The notes under the pieces are model-generated. The model worked only from the letters and a program-made list of their open reading frames with translations. It did no database searches and was not told where the DNA came from. The translations under genes were made by a program, and so were the position numbers. A stretch of DNA of 64,000 nucleotides from an uncultured Nitrososphaerota archaeon (GTDB lineage: Archaea; Thermoproteota; Nitrososphaeria; Nitrososphaerales; Gagatemarchaeaceae): NCBI GenBank assembly GCA_963838925.1, contig CAWISW010000001.1, positions 320,001-384,000 of the forward strand, written 5' to 3'. Positions 29,531 to 39,559 of the stretch are shown piece by piece (position 1 is the stretch's first letter; each line of letters opens with the position of its first letter).

Positions 29531-30160
29531 ATGTTCGAGAACGCCCTCCAGTTCATCGGGGCGTTCGTGGCCTTTTCCATCGCCCTCGTCGCATACAAGG
29601 GTGTGCGCGAGACGAGCAGCTCCTCGATGCTCAGGCTCGCGGCTGCCTTCGTCTTCCTCGGGGCCGGGTTCGTCCTCCAGGGGCTGGACAGCGTCGGCGC
29701 GTTCGGCAGCATCCCTGGGCTCTCGACCTCCATCGACACGATAATGGTCGCCGGCATGTTCCTACAGACGGTGGGCTACTTCTTCTTGGCATTCTCCCAC
29801 GTCCTGGACGTGGTCGTCTCAAGGCGGCTGGGGCCGCTCCTCGTGCTCCTCCCGATACTCGCGGTAGGCCAGACCAGCGTGGAGACCGTCCTCCGCAGCC
29901 TGTCCTTCTACTTCATACTGTACGGGGTGCTAGAGACGGCGCTCTCGTATACAAAGTCGAGGAACCCCAACACGCTCTTCATCGCGACCGGGCTGGGCAT
30001 GCTCGCCGCCGGGTGGTGGGTCTCGCTCGCGGCACCCGACCTCGTATTGTTAACATTGTTGCAGCTTTTGATGAGAGAAGTTGGACTGATTGCGCTATTC
30101 GTCCCAGTCTTGAGATTCTCGTTCAGGAAGCCAGGAGACTTGTTGAATGCCCCAGTATAG
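29531..30160 (+). CDS. Multi-pass membrane protein (about 7 TM), possible sensor
   Basis: Hydrophobic helices throughout; overlaps start of downstream wHTH gene; TTTTATAT box at 29473. Confidence 0.7.
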   Translation: MFENALQFIGAFVAFSIALVAYKGVRETSSSSMLRLAAAFVFLGAGFVLQGLDSVGAFGSIPGLSTSIDTIMVAGMFLQTVGYFFLAFSHVLDVVVSRRLGPLLVLLPILAVGQTSVETVLRSLSFYFILYGVLETALSYTKSRNPNTLFIATGLGMLAAGWWVSLAAPDLVLLTLLQLLMREVGLIALFVPVLRFSFRKPGDLLNAPV

Positions 30161-30434
30161 GACCCAGGGCAAGATCATCGCGGACATCCTGGTCACCGCC
30201 CGAGACATGAACACCGACGGCCAGGGCGTGGGGATCACCACGCTGCTCAGGCGCGGGAACGTCTCCTACAGCAGGATGACCAAGCTGATAGTCGACCTTG
30301 TGGGAGCGGGCCTCCTTCTCGAGGAGACCATGGAGAAGAACTCAAAGTATCGCATAAGCGACAAGGGGATGATGTTCCTCCAGGCATACATGCAGTTCGA
30401 GGACTTCGCCCAGTCCTACGGATTGAGACTCTAA
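30147..30434 (+). CDS. Winged-helix transcriptional regulator (archaeal HTH_45/DUF4364-like)
   Basis: YRT..KIIADIL...ITTLLRRGNVSY..M..L...L...GLL...YRISDKG. Confidence 0.85.
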   Translation: MPQYRTQGKIIADILVTARDMNTDGQGVGITTLLRRGNVSYSRMTKLIVDLVGAGLLLEETMEKNSKYRISDKGMMFLQAYMQFEDFAQSYGLRL

Positions 30435-30513
30435 GGGCCTCTCTCGCGGCTTTAGGCTAGCTTTTTTACTGCCTGTAGGTGCTGTCGCGTCCGGAGCGGT
30501 CGGCTAGCAAGAA

Positions 30514-31431
30514 ATGATTGGCTTCCTAGGGGCAGGCAGGGTGGGCGCCCAGGCGGCGCTCGAGGTCGCGTCCGCCGGCATCGACGACGTCACCCTCGTG
30601 GACATCCTCCCCGGGCTTGCCGAGGGCGAGGCCATGGACATATCGCAGAAGATAGCGGAGACCGGCGTCGACGTGGAGGTGAGGGGCTCGACGGACTTCT
30701 CCGCGCTCCGCGGTTCCACGGTGGTGGTGATAACCGCCGGGCTGGCACGCAAACCCGGCATGACCCGGATGGACCTCCTGGAGAAGAACGCGGGGATAGT
30801 CTCCGCCGTCGCCAAGGAGGTCGCGAAGCACGCCCCCACGGCGGTCGCCCTCACGGTGACCAACCCGATGGACGTCATGAACTACGTGGTCCTGAGGAAG
30901 ACGGGCTTCCCGAAGGGGAGGGTCGTGGGGATGGGCGGGATACTCGACCTCTCCCGGTTCAAGTCGACCATCTGCGCGATGCTCGACGTCTCGCACTCGT
31001 CGATAACCTCGCTGGTGATAGGGGAGCACGGCGAGAGCATGCTCCCCCTCCCGAGGTTCACCTCGATAGGGGGCGTCCCGCTTTCCATGCTCATGGACGA
31101 GACCCAGATCGGGCTGGCCATCGAGACGACCAGGCGCGTCGCGATCGACGTGATCTCGAAGAAAGGGGCGACCGTGGACGCGCCGGCGAACGCGGTGGTC
31201 AAGATGGTCAAGGCCATCGCTTGGGACCGCAAGGAGGTCATCCCCGCCTCGGCCTACCTCGAGGGAGAGTACGGGGTCGACGGCCTCTGCATAGGGGTCC
31301 CCGTCGTGCTGGGGGCGAGGGGAGTCGAGAGGATACTCCCGCTCGACCTGAACGAGAGGGAGAAGGCCCAGTTCCATAGGGGCGCCAAGACCATCCGCGA
31401 GGGCATAGCCGCGATAGGCGCGGCCCTCTAG
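30514..31431 (+). CDS. mdh: Malate dehydrogenase (LDH-like)
   Basis: GAGRVG, ITAGLARKPGMTRMDLL..N (Arg specificity), VTNPMD, LD.SRF, GEHG. Confidence 0.93.
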   Translation: MIGFLGAGRVGAQAALEVASAGIDDVTLVDILPGLAEGEAMDISQKIAETGVDVEVRGSTDFSALRGSTVVVITAGLARKPGMTRMDLLEKNAGIVSAVAKEVAKHAPTAVALTVTNPMDVMNYVVLRKTGFPKGRVVGMGGILDLSRFKSTICAMLDVSHSSITSLVIGEHGESMLPLPRFTSIGGVPLSMLMDETQIGLAIETTRRVAIDVISKKGATVDAPANAVVKMVKAIAWDRKEVIPASAYLEGEYGVDGLCIGVPVVLGARGVERILPLDLNEREKAQFHRGAKTIREGIAAIGAAL

Positions 31432-31542
31432 CTCCGACCGCAAGCAAGAACTACGCGGATTGACGAAAACAGCGAGATATGGCTCGCCGTCGCTCATTTC
31501 CCCGAATACTTTTATTGCCGGTATGACGGCGTTGGGACGACA

Positions 31543-32721
31543 TTGCTCATAATAGCACTAGTGAAGGGCGTCCCGGCCAGGCTCACGAAGGTCGTGAGGG
31601 TAGACAACATCGTCCAGCGCGACGCGATGGAGATGGTCGTCAACCCCAACGACGAGAAGGCCATAGAGGCTGCCGACTTCCTCAAGAGGAAGGTAGGGGG
31701 CAAGATAGTCACTCTCAGCATGGGGCCCGACGCCAGGCTCAGGCCCATCCTCACCCCGCTCTACGGCGCGGAGGCCACGGGGGTGGACGAGGAGATCATA
31801 CTCAGCGACCCCAAGCTCGCAGGCTCCGACACGGTGGCCACGGCCTACGCTGTGGGGCATGCAGTCTACAAGATTTACGAGAGGCACGTAGTCCCGTTCG
31901 ACACCCTGATCAAGCTCCTCACCGATGGAGCCTCCCTCCAGGAGATAGAGGCAAAGGCGAGGGAGCTCTACGACCAGAACCTCATCCCCAACAAGGTGTA
32001 CAACGAGGAGCCGGGTACAAGGACATCGGTGATAGGGCACCTCGTCAACGGCAACCTCTCGAGGGAAGAGGCCATTCAAAGGCTCAAGACCGAGAGGTCC
32101 AACGTAACGAAGTTCGTGATATTCGCAGGGATCAGGACGGCAGACGGCGAGACGGGAAGCGTAGGCCCCCAGGTCGCCGAGGTCGTCTCCCAGAAGATGG
32201 GGGTGGAGGTACCGCACTCCACATACGTCGAGGAGCTCGACGTCGACCCCGACACGCTCCGTCTCCACGCCGGCAGGAGGATAGGAAGGTGGATGCAGCG
32301 CCTGGAAATCGAGGCCCCCTGCCTGATGACGTTCGCACCAGAGTACCAGGCTAAGGAGATAAAGTCGGTAGACTTTGGGAGGGTCATCGAGAACTACTAC
32401 AAGGGCAAGGTCAAGGAGCAGATGAAGTGGACAGCAGACGCCCTTGACGCCGACCCGGCCCGCCTAGGCTTCGGCGGCTCCTGCGTCATCGTGGGTCCAG
32501 CCATCATTATGGGCGCTCCAGCCTCCCAGAAGACCCTCGACAAGAGCCTGGTCTTCACCAAGAGCGTCGACAAGACGGCGTGGGAGGGCAAGGAGTACGG
32601 CCCGTTCTCAAAAGGCGACGTCGCTGACTCGCTGCCGCAGACTCTCAAGGACGACCTCTTTGCCAAGGGAGCGCTCGCGACCTACACGCTTCAGATGCTC
32701 GGACAGGAGTTGGTGGCATGA
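31543..32721 (+). CDS. etfB: Electron transfer flavoprotein beta subunit (FixA-like) with internal insertion
   Basis: LVKGVP, NPNDEKAIEAA, LSMGP, LSD.KLAGSDT.AT, DGETGSVGPQVAE. Confidence 0.88.
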   Translation: MLIIALVKGVPARLTKVVRVDNIVQRDAMEMVVNPNDEKAIEAADFLKRKVGGKIVTLSMGPDARLRPILTPLYGAEATGVDEEIILSDPKLAGSDTVATAYAVGHAVYKIYERHVVPFDTLIKLLTDGASLQEIEAKARELYDQNLIPNKVYNEEPGTRTSVIGHLVNGNLSREEAIQRLKTERSNVTKFVIFAGIRTADGETGSVGPQVAEVVSQKMGVEVPHSTYVEELDVDPDTLRLHAGRRIGRWMQRLEIEAPCLMTFAPEYQAKEIKSVDFGRVIENYYKGKVKEQMKWTADALDADPARLGFGGSCVIVGPAIIMGAPASQKTLDKSLVFTKSVDKTAWEGKEYGPFSKGDVADSLPQTLKDDLFAKGALATYTLQMLGQELVA

Positions 32722-33857
32722 GCACCACAGCCCCGGCGGCCACGACCTCTGCCAAGGTGACCCTGGCGGACTACAAGGACGTCTGGGTCTTCCTGCAGCG
32801 CGACGACGGCCACCTCTCCAACGACTCGCTGGAGCTACTCGCCGCGGGAAGGAAGGTCGCGGACCAGGCGGGCCAGAAGCTCGTGGGGCTACTGCTCGGG
32901 AACCACCTCAGGGGTCTGGCTGAGGAGGCCGTCGACCACGGCGCCGACGATGTCCTCGTGGTGGACGACCCCGCGCTCCGTACGTACAACACGATGAGGA
33001 TGATAGACACCCTCGAGGCGATGACGCTGAAGAGGAAGCCCTATGCGATAATCTTCCTAGCGACCGAGTTCGGCAGGGAGCTCGCGGCCAGGCTAGCATA
33101 CAGGGTGAACACAGGAGTCGCGACTGACAACGTGGACTTTGAGGTCCAGGACTACTTCAACCCGAAGTTCAACGAGATGTTCCCCAAGACCCTTACCCAG
33201 GTCAGGCCTGACTTTGGGAGCAGGGTCGCGAAGATCTGGACGCCACGCCACAGGCCACAGATAGCGAGCCTGAAGCCAGGGAGCTTCGCACCGCTCCCGC
33301 GCAACCCCGCAAGAAGGGCGAGCGCGAAGATCGAAAAGGTGCAGTTGCCCCGCCCCGGCAAGACCTACCCGCTCACGGTGAAGGAGCTCGTCGAGCTTCC
33401 AAAGCCCAATTTCGACCTCGAGCACGCCGACGTTGTCATCGGCCTCGGGATGGGCATCCTCCGCGGAGCGGACGGCTCTCCGAGGAACCCCATCGACGCC
33501 TTCAAGCTCGCCACCGAGCTCAAGGAGCTCATAGAGAGGAAGTGGGGCCTCAAGACGGAGATAGGGGCTTCGAGGGGGCTGGTCATGGCCAACGTGAAAG
33601 CTCTAGAGGGGATAATCACTCGCGACCACGAGCTGGGTCAGACCGGGACCCTCATCAGTCCGCAGCTCTACATCGCCCTGGGAGTCAGCGGCTCCGCCCC
33701 CCACAGGGGAGGGATCAAGGCAAAGAAGATTCTCGCGGTGAATCCCGACCCCACGGCACCTATCCACCTGGCAGCCCAGTACTCCGTGGTCGCCGACCTC
33801 TACGACTTCGTCCCGAAGCTCATCGACACGCTAGAAGCCCTGCCCGACAAAGCTTGA
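32718..33857 (+). CDS. etfA: Electron transfer flavoprotein alpha subunit (FixB-like)
   Basis: GRELAARLA, QVRPDFG, GASR, GQTG...P.LYIALGVSG..H, AVN.DP.API. Confidence 0.9.
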   Translation: MSTTAPAATTSAKVTLADYKDVWVFLQRDDGHLSNDSLELLAAGRKVADQAGQKLVGLLLGNHLRGLAEEAVDHGADDVLVVDDPALRTYNTMRMIDTLEAMTLKRKPYAIIFLATEFGRELAARLAYRVNTGVATDNVDFEVQDYFNPKFNEMFPKTLTQVRPDFGSRVAKIWTPRHRPQIASLKPGSFAPLPRNPARRASAKIEKVQLPRPGKTYPLTVKELVELPKPNFDLEHADVVIGLGMGILRGADGSPRNPIDAFKLATELKELIERKWGLKTEIGASRGLVMANVKALEGIITRDHELGQTGTLISPQLYIALGVSGSAPHRGGIKAKKILAVNPDPTAPIHLAAQYSVVADLYDFVPKLIDTLEALPDKA

Positions 33858-35578
33858 GTGCCACCGGCGCCGAATACGACGCGATCGTGGTAGGGGCCGG
33901 ACCCGGAGGGTCGGCTGCGGCGCTCACGCTGGCCCGCAAGGGGGCGAAGGTCCTCCTCATCGAGAAGGCGAAGGTGCCCGGTGAGAACAACGTCTCGGGG
34001 GGCGTGCTCTACGGCGACTTCACCAAGGGGTACGGCCTGAAGGACCTGGTCCCCGAGTTCGAGTCGGAGGCGCCCCTCGAGCGGAAGGTCCTCTCGCACG
34101 AGGTCAACATCCTCTCGGCTCCAGACACGAGGAGCGGGACCTACCAGCGCTACCACCTCGACGGGAACTCCTTCCTCGCCAGGCTCGGCTTCTTCACCGT
34201 CGAGATCCAGACGGGACACGACTACACGGTGCTCCGGAGCGAGTTCGACCGATGGTTCGCCGAGAAGGCCGCCGATGCCGGCGCGGTCCTCATGGCGGGG
34301 ACGACCGTTCGGGGGCTCCTGACCGACGCGCCCGAGAAGAAACCGGAGGGCGTCGAAGACGAGGGCGAGCACGAGCCCGCGGTCATAGGCGTTAAGACAT
34401 CAAGGGGCGACATCCGCGCGAAGCTCGTGATCGACTGCTCCGGGGTGACCTCGAACCTCGTCGAGGAGGCCGGGCTCAGGGGGCAGCTCGGGCCGAGGCA
34501 GCTCTACCACTCGATCAAGCACGTCTTCCGCCTCTCGAAGGACGACGTGGACAAGAGGTTCAAGCTCAGGGAGGGCGAGGGCCGCGCGATAAACTGTTTC
34601 GGCGACTTCATGCAGGGGGTGAGCGGGAGCGCCTTCATCTTCACCAACCGCGACACGGTCTCTGTGGGGGTCGTCGCCTCCGTCGACTCGATGGTGCGCG
34701 CCTTCACGGAGCACTTCGACGCAGCGGGCACCCTGCGCGACGTGCTCGACGCCTTCGAGGCGCACCCCTACACCTCGGACCTCCTAAAGGGGGCCGAGCC
34801 CCTCGAGTTCTCCTCTCACAACATCCCCCGCGGGCACGTCGCGATGCTGAAGAAGCCGTACGCCAGCGGCTACCTCCCGACTGGCGACGCCCTCGGGGCG
34901 TTCATCAAGATCGGCCCCCTCTTCGACGGAATGAGGCGCGCCATCGCGAGCGGGATCATGGCAGCCGAGGCATACCTCCTCGCGAGCGAGTCGGGCTCCT
35001 TCCGCGCGTCCAACCTCTCCCGCTACAAGGACATGCTCGCCCCCCTCTACGAGGACGTGAACAGGTCTGGGAGGGAGAGCTTCTTCGCCGAGAGCGGGTT
35101 CGCCTACGGCACCCTCCCTCGCCTCCTCTTCTCTTCCTCGGTCTTCTCGAAGAAGGTGAAGTTCGAGGCTGCGACCGAGCCCAGGGCGGTGAAGAGCCCC
35201 CCGCCGCCGTCCGATGCTGACGGGCCCTCGGCCCGGATCACGGTCGACCTCGAGGCCGCTTCCAAGTCTTCTGTCAAGCCATGGGTCCCCATCTGCCCCG
35301 TGGGGTGCTTCACGCTGGTCACCCCGAAGGGGACGTTCGTCTCCTACAAGGACCTCTACGCCTCGAACTACAAGGCGGTCGCCTCCTCCCCCGCGAACCA
35401 GAGCGGGCTCGACGTCCTCGCCTACCGGGAGACCGTCAAGGACATACTCGAGGGGACCCTGGCCTTCGACGGGAGCTCGTGCGTAGGCTGCGGGACGTGC
35501 GCCGAGATAGGCCCGAGGGAGCTGGTGGCGCTCGAGCCCGAGGAGGAGGGGCGGGGCGCGCGGTACAGCTACGGGTAG
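33854..35578 (+). CDS. fixC: FixC-like flavoprotein fused to C-terminal FixX-like ferredoxin
   Basis: YDAIVVGAGPGGS, N.SGG, YTVLR..FD.W, GDA; C-terminal ICPVGC and CVGCGTC; TTG 33854 overlaps etfA stop. Confidence 0.85.
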   Translation: MSATGAEYDAIVVGAGPGGSAAALTLARKGAKVLLIEKAKVPGENNVSGGVLYGDFTKGYGLKDLVPEFESEAPLERKVLSHEVNILSAPDTRSGTYQRYHLDGNSFLARLGFFTVEIQTGHDYTVLRSEFDRWFAEKAADAGAVLMAGTTVRGLLTDAPEKKPEGVEDEGEHEPAVIGVKTSRGDIRAKLVIDCSGVTSNLVEEAGLRGQLGPRQLYHSIKHVFRLSKDDVDKRFKLREGEGRAINCFGDFMQGVSGSAFIFTNRDTVSVGVVASVDSMVRAFTEHFDAAGTLRDVLDAFEAHPYTSDLLKGAEPLEFSSHNIPRGHVAMLKKPYASGYLPTGDALGAFIKIGPLFDGMRRAIASGIMAAEAYLLASESGSFRASNLSRYKDMLAPLYEDVNRSGRESFFAESGFAYGTLPRLLFSSSVFSKKVKFEAATEPRAVKSPPPPSDADGPSARITVDLEAASKSSVKPWVPICPVGCFTLVTPKGTFVSYKDLYASNYKAVASSPANQSGLDVLAYRETVKDILEGTLAFDGSSCVGCGTCAEIGPRELVALEPEEEGRGARYSYG

Positions 35579-35591
35579 ACGCTGCTCGCGC

Positions 35592-37010
35592 CTAGCCGGT
35601 GCCGGAGTTGAGCCTCTCGAGCTTGAACGCCGAGTGTATGGCCCTCACCGTCTCTTTCGCGTCTCTCTCCGCCACGATGAGCGAGATGTTCTGGTTCGAG
35701 GAGCCCGACGCGATCATCTTGATGTTTATCCCCCTGGCGGAGATCGCCCCGAAGGCCGTGGCCGCCACGCCCTTGGTGGTCCTCAGCGACCCCCCCACTA
35801 TCGCTACCGCGCTGACGTCGTTCTCCGTGAGTATGTGTCTGTAGCCGCCCTGACCGAGCAGGGCCAGCTCGAGGGCGTTCACCCCCTTCTCCATCGACGA
35901 CCTCGCGACAACCATGCTGATGTTCGACTCCGACACGCTCTGGGAAATCATCAAGACGTTGATGCCGCTTCGGCCCATGACGTCGAATATCCTCGCCGCG
36001 CTCCCGGGCTTCCCCACCATGCTCGCGCCCGCCACGGTGATGATCGCCACCTCCCTCACAAGCGCCACCGCCTTCACCACGTTCTTCGAGTAGAGCTTGG
36101 GGTTCCTCTTCACGACGGTGCCGGGGTCCTTCGGGTGGAAGGTGTTCCTGAACCTGACGGGGATTCCCTTCTCCGCGACCGGCTCCAGCGTGCGCGGGTG
36201 GAGCGCCTTGGCGCCGAAGACCGCCATCTCTCCGGCCTCCTCGTAGGAGATCTCCCGGAGGACCTTGGCGTTCGGAACGATCCTCGGGTCGGCCGTCATG
36301 AGGCCGTCGACGTCGCTCCAGATCCAGACCTCGTCCGCGTCGATGGCGGATGCGATTATCGTCCCCGTGAAGTCCGACCCCCCACGGCCGAGGGTGGTCG
36401 TGTCCCCGCTCTGGGTGGCCCCGATGTAGCCCGTGATGACCGGGGTCTTCCCCTCCTCGAGGAGGGGAGCGAGCTTCTCCCTCACCTGGAACTTGGTCAC
36501 CTCCATGAGGGGCGTGGCGTCGCCGAACCTGTCGTCGGTCATTATCCCCGCCTCTCCGCCCGTCATGTAGACGGCGCGCATCCCGCGCTCTATCAGCGCG
36601 CCCATGATTATGGGGTTGGAGAGCCTCTCGCCGCACGCGAGGATCGCGTCCTTCGACCTGGGGGTCAGCTCCCCGAGCACGGTGCTCCCCCGCGCGAGCT
36701 TCTCCAGCTGGCTGAGCGTGACGTTGAGCACCCCGAGCACCTGGCGCCTCACCGCCTTGTCGCTCACCGTCGCGCTGAGCGCGGCGAGGTGGCTCTTCCT
36801 TATCGAGGCGAGCCTCTCCTCAACAGGCTTCTCCAGCCCCTTCGAGGCGTCGGAGCAGAGCGCGAGGAGCTGGTCTGTGACGTCCCCCATCGCCGAGCAG
36901 ACGACGACGACGCTGTGGCCCTTCCCGCTGTCCTTGACCCTCTCCGCGACGTTCTTTATGCGCTCGGCCGACGCGACGGAGCTCCCGCCGAACTTCATGA
37001 TTATCTTCAT
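35592..37010 (-). CDS. lysC: Aspartate kinase
   Basis: MKFGGSSV, VVCSAMGDVTD, TTTLGRGGSD, DVDG.MTADPR, two ACT domains. Confidence 0.96.
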   Translation of the reverse strand: MKIIMKFGGSSVASAERIKNVAERVKDSGKGHSVVVVCSAMGDVTDQLLALCSDASKGLEKPVEERLASIRKSHLAALSATVSDKAVRRQVLGVLNVTLSQLEKLARGSTVLGELTPRSKDAILACGERLSNPIIMGALIERGMRAVYMTGGEAGIMTDDRFGDATPLMEVTKFQVREKLAPLLEEGKTPVITGYIGATQSGDTTTLGRGGSDFTGTIIASAIDADEVWIWSDVDGLMTADPRIVPNAKVLREISYEEAGEMAVFGAKALHPRTLEPVAEKGIPVRFRNTFHPKDPGTVVKRNPKLYSKNVVKAVALVREVAIITVAGASMVGKPGSAARIFDVMGRSGINVLMISQSVSESNISMVVARSSMEKGVNALELALLGQGGYRHILTENDVSAVAIVGGSLRTTKGVAATAFGAISARGINIKMIASGSSNQNISLIVAERDAKETVRAIHSAFKLERLNSGTG

Positions 37011-37011
37011 C

Positions 37012-38085
37012 TCAGCCCAGACCCCCGCTGATGCCGCTCATGCTGTAGGCTGAAATCGTCGCTCCCTGCCCGTTGATCTTCCCCCTGATCTCTATCAAGT
37101 CTCTCAACAACGACGAGGCGGTCTCGGGGCCTCCCGCCCCCTTCCCTATTATCACCTTCGGGCCCGAGTACTCGCACTCGAACTCGACGGCGTTGTTCGC
37201 GCCGTTTATGCAGAGGGGGTGGTCCCTCTTTATCACCGTGGGCTCGACGACGAGGCCCCTCTCCGCGGAAACCGACGCTATGAGCCTTATCGCCTTTCCC
37301 TTCTTCTTGGTCTTCAGGACCTCCGCTGAGGACATCCCCCTTATCCCGCTCACCTTCACGTCCTTGATCCCCGCCTTGCTCAGCTGCAGGTGGTTCGCTG
37401 TGATCACCAGCTTGACCGCGCTGTCGTACCCGTCGATGTCCAGGGAGGGGTCTGCCTCCGCGTACCCCGCCTTCTGCGCCCCGTCCAGCGCCTCGGCGAA
37501 CGGGACGCCCTGCTGCTCCATCCTAGTGATTATGTAGTTGCAGGTCCCGTTGAGTATTCCCCTGATCCCGATGAGCTGGTCGCCGACGGAGCAGGTCTTC
37601 CCAAAGTCGAGCACCGGCGTCCCCCCTCCCACCGCCCCGCTGAACCTCAGCTGGACCCCGTTGTGCCGCGCGAGCTCGTGGAGCGCGTAGTACGCCAGGG
37701 AGAGCGGGCCCTTGTTGCACGTTACGACGTGCTTCCTGCTCTCGAAGGCGGCCTTCATGTGCGAGAACCCGGGCTCCCCGGTCTTGAAGTTGGTTGGCGT
37801 GGCCTCGATGAGGACCTCGGCCTCCAGGTCCCTTATCACGTCGGCGGCGCTACTCTGCCCCTCGGCCCTGCGCCCCTTCGGGCTCACCCTTCCCGTGTCC
37901 TTCTTCGACTTCAGCGCTCTCTTGAGGTCGACCCCGTGCTCGTCGATGAGCCATCCGGAGCTGTCCATGATGCCGACCACCTGGGGCACCAGCCCGTAGT
38001 TCGCCGCGAGCTCCTTCTCCTGGGCCATGAGGAGCCGGGCAAAGCTCTGCCCGACTATCCCGAAGCCGGCCAGGACCAGTCTCAA
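37012..38085 (-). CDS. hom: Homoserine dehydrogenase
   Basis: GFGIVG, VVTCNKGP, AVGGGTP, GILNGT.NYI, GYAEADP..DIDG.D, GAGGPETAS. Confidence 0.95.
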   Translation of the reverse strand: MRLVLAGFGIVGQSFARLLMAQEKELAANYGLVPQVVGIMDSSGWLIDEHGVDLKRALKSKKDTGRVSPKGRRAEGQSSAADVIRDLEAEVLIEATPTNFKTGEPGFSHMKAAFESRKHVVTCNKGPLSLAYYALHELARHNGVQLRFSGAVGGGTPVLDFGKTCSVGDQLIGIRGILNGTCNYIITRMEQQGVPFAEALDGAQKAGYAEADPSLDIDGYDSAVKLVITANHLQLSKAGIKDVKVSGIRGMSSAEVLKTKKKGKAIRLIASVSAERGLVVEPTVIKRDHPLCINGANNAVEFECEYSGPKVIIGKGAGGPETASSLLRDLIEIRGKINGQGATISAYSMSGISGGLG

Positions 38086-38193
38086 GGACGGTGCCCAGCC
38101 CCGGTTCGGCTTTAGGAGTTTCGGTGGTGCGGGCCTGCCTTCGGAAGCCTTCCGGGAATGGTTAATAGTTCCAAGAGGCCATTTTCACGCGAC

Positions 38194-39546
38194 ATGAGCG
38201 CCCCCAAGGAGCGTGCGACATTCCTGACGCAGGACGAGATACCGACCTCATGGTACAACATACAGGCGGACCTCCCGGAGCAGCTCCCGCCGCCGCTCGA
38301 CCCGGGGACGCACAAGCCCATGTCCCCCGAGCCGCTCTTCAGGCTGTTCCCGAAGGAGCTCGTCGGGCAAGAGGTCTCCCAGGAGAGGTGGATCAAGATC
38401 CCCGACGAGGTGCTCGAGGCCTATCGGTGGCTGCCGCGCCCGACGCCCCTCTTCCGCGCGTACAAGCTCGAGAACTTCCTGAAGACTCCGGCGAAGATCT
38501 ACTACAAGTGGGAGGGCGCCAACCCCACGGGGAGCCACAAGCCGAACACGGCGCTCGCCCAGGCCTATTACAACATGAAGGAGGGCACGAAGAGGCTCTC
38601 GACGGAGACGGGCGCCGGTCAGTGGGGCTCCGCGCTCTCCATGGCGGGCGCCTACTTCGGGCTCAAGGTCCGCGTCTTCATGGTGGCCGCGAGCTACAAC
38701 CAAAAGCCCGGCAGGAGGACCATGATGGAGACCTGGGGCGCGGAGTGCGTCTCGTCCCCGAGCAACAAGACCAAGTTCGGCAGGTCCCTCCTCGCGAAGG
38801 ACCCCAAGGATCCGGGGTCGCTTGGCATCGCGATAAGCGAGGCGATTGAAGATGTGCTCGCCGACGACGGCGCGAAGTACAGCCTGGGCTCGGTTTTGAA
38901 CCACGTCCTGCTCCACCAGACCGTCATCGGGCTGGAGCTGAAGAAGCAGCTCGAGATGCTCGACGTCACACCAGACATGGTCGTGGGGAACATCGGCGGG
39001 GGCTCTAACTTCGGAGGCTTCTGCTTGCCTCTGATGGGCGACAAGATCTCCAAGAGGCTGCGAATGGACTTCGTCGCCTGCGAGTCGAGCGCCATCCCGC
39101 ACACCACCAAGGGGAAGTACACCTACGACTTTGGTGACACGGCCGGGATGACGCCGCTCCTGAAGATGTACACGCTTGGGAAGGACTACAAGACCCCGCC
39201 AATCCACGCGGGAGGCCTGAGATACCATGCGATGGCTCCGATAATCTCCTACCTCATCAACAAGGGATACATGCGCTCCGTGGCTTTCACCCAGAAGGAG
39301 GTCTTCGAGGCCGCCGTGACCTTCGCGAGGACGGAGGGCATCATCCCCGCCCCGGAGTCCGCGCACGAGATCAAGTTCGTAATCGACGAGGCGCTAAGGT
39401 GCAAGGAGAAGAGGGAGGCCAAGGTCATCGTCTTCAACAACTCGGGGCATGGGCTGCTCGACCTGAGCGCGTACCAGGCCTACCACGACGGGAAGCTCGA
39501 GGACTGGGCGCCGACGAAGATAGAGTACCCGAGCATGGTCGCGTAG
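38194..39546 (+). CDS. trpB: Tryptophan synthase beta chain, TrpB2 type
   Basis: WYNIQADLP, GSHKPNTA, TETGAGQWG, GGGSNFGG, IHAGGLRYH, PAPESAH. Confidence 0.95.
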   Translation: MSAPKERATFLTQDEIPTSWYNIQADLPEQLPPPLDPGTHKPMSPEPLFRLFPKELVGQEVSQERWIKIPDEVLEAYRWLPRPTPLFRAYKLENFLKTPAKIYYKWEGANPTGSHKPNTALAQAYYNMKEGTKRLSTETGAGQWGSALSMAGAYFGLKVRVFMVAASYNQKPGRRTMMETWGAECVSSPSNKTKFGRSLLAKDPKDPGSLGIAISEAIEDVLADDGAKYSLGSVLNHVLLHQTVIGLELKKQLEMLDVTPDMVVGNIGGGSNFGGFCLPLMGDKISKRLRMDFVACESSAIPHTTKGKYTYDFGDTAGMTPLLKMYTLGKDYKTPPIHAGGLRYHAMAPIISYLINKGYMRSVAFTQKEVFEAAVTFARTEGIIPAPESAHEIKFVIDEALRCKEKREAKVIVFNNSGHGLLDLSAYQAYHDGKLEDWAPTKIEYPSMVA

Positions 39547-39559
39547 TCTGCCAAACGGG

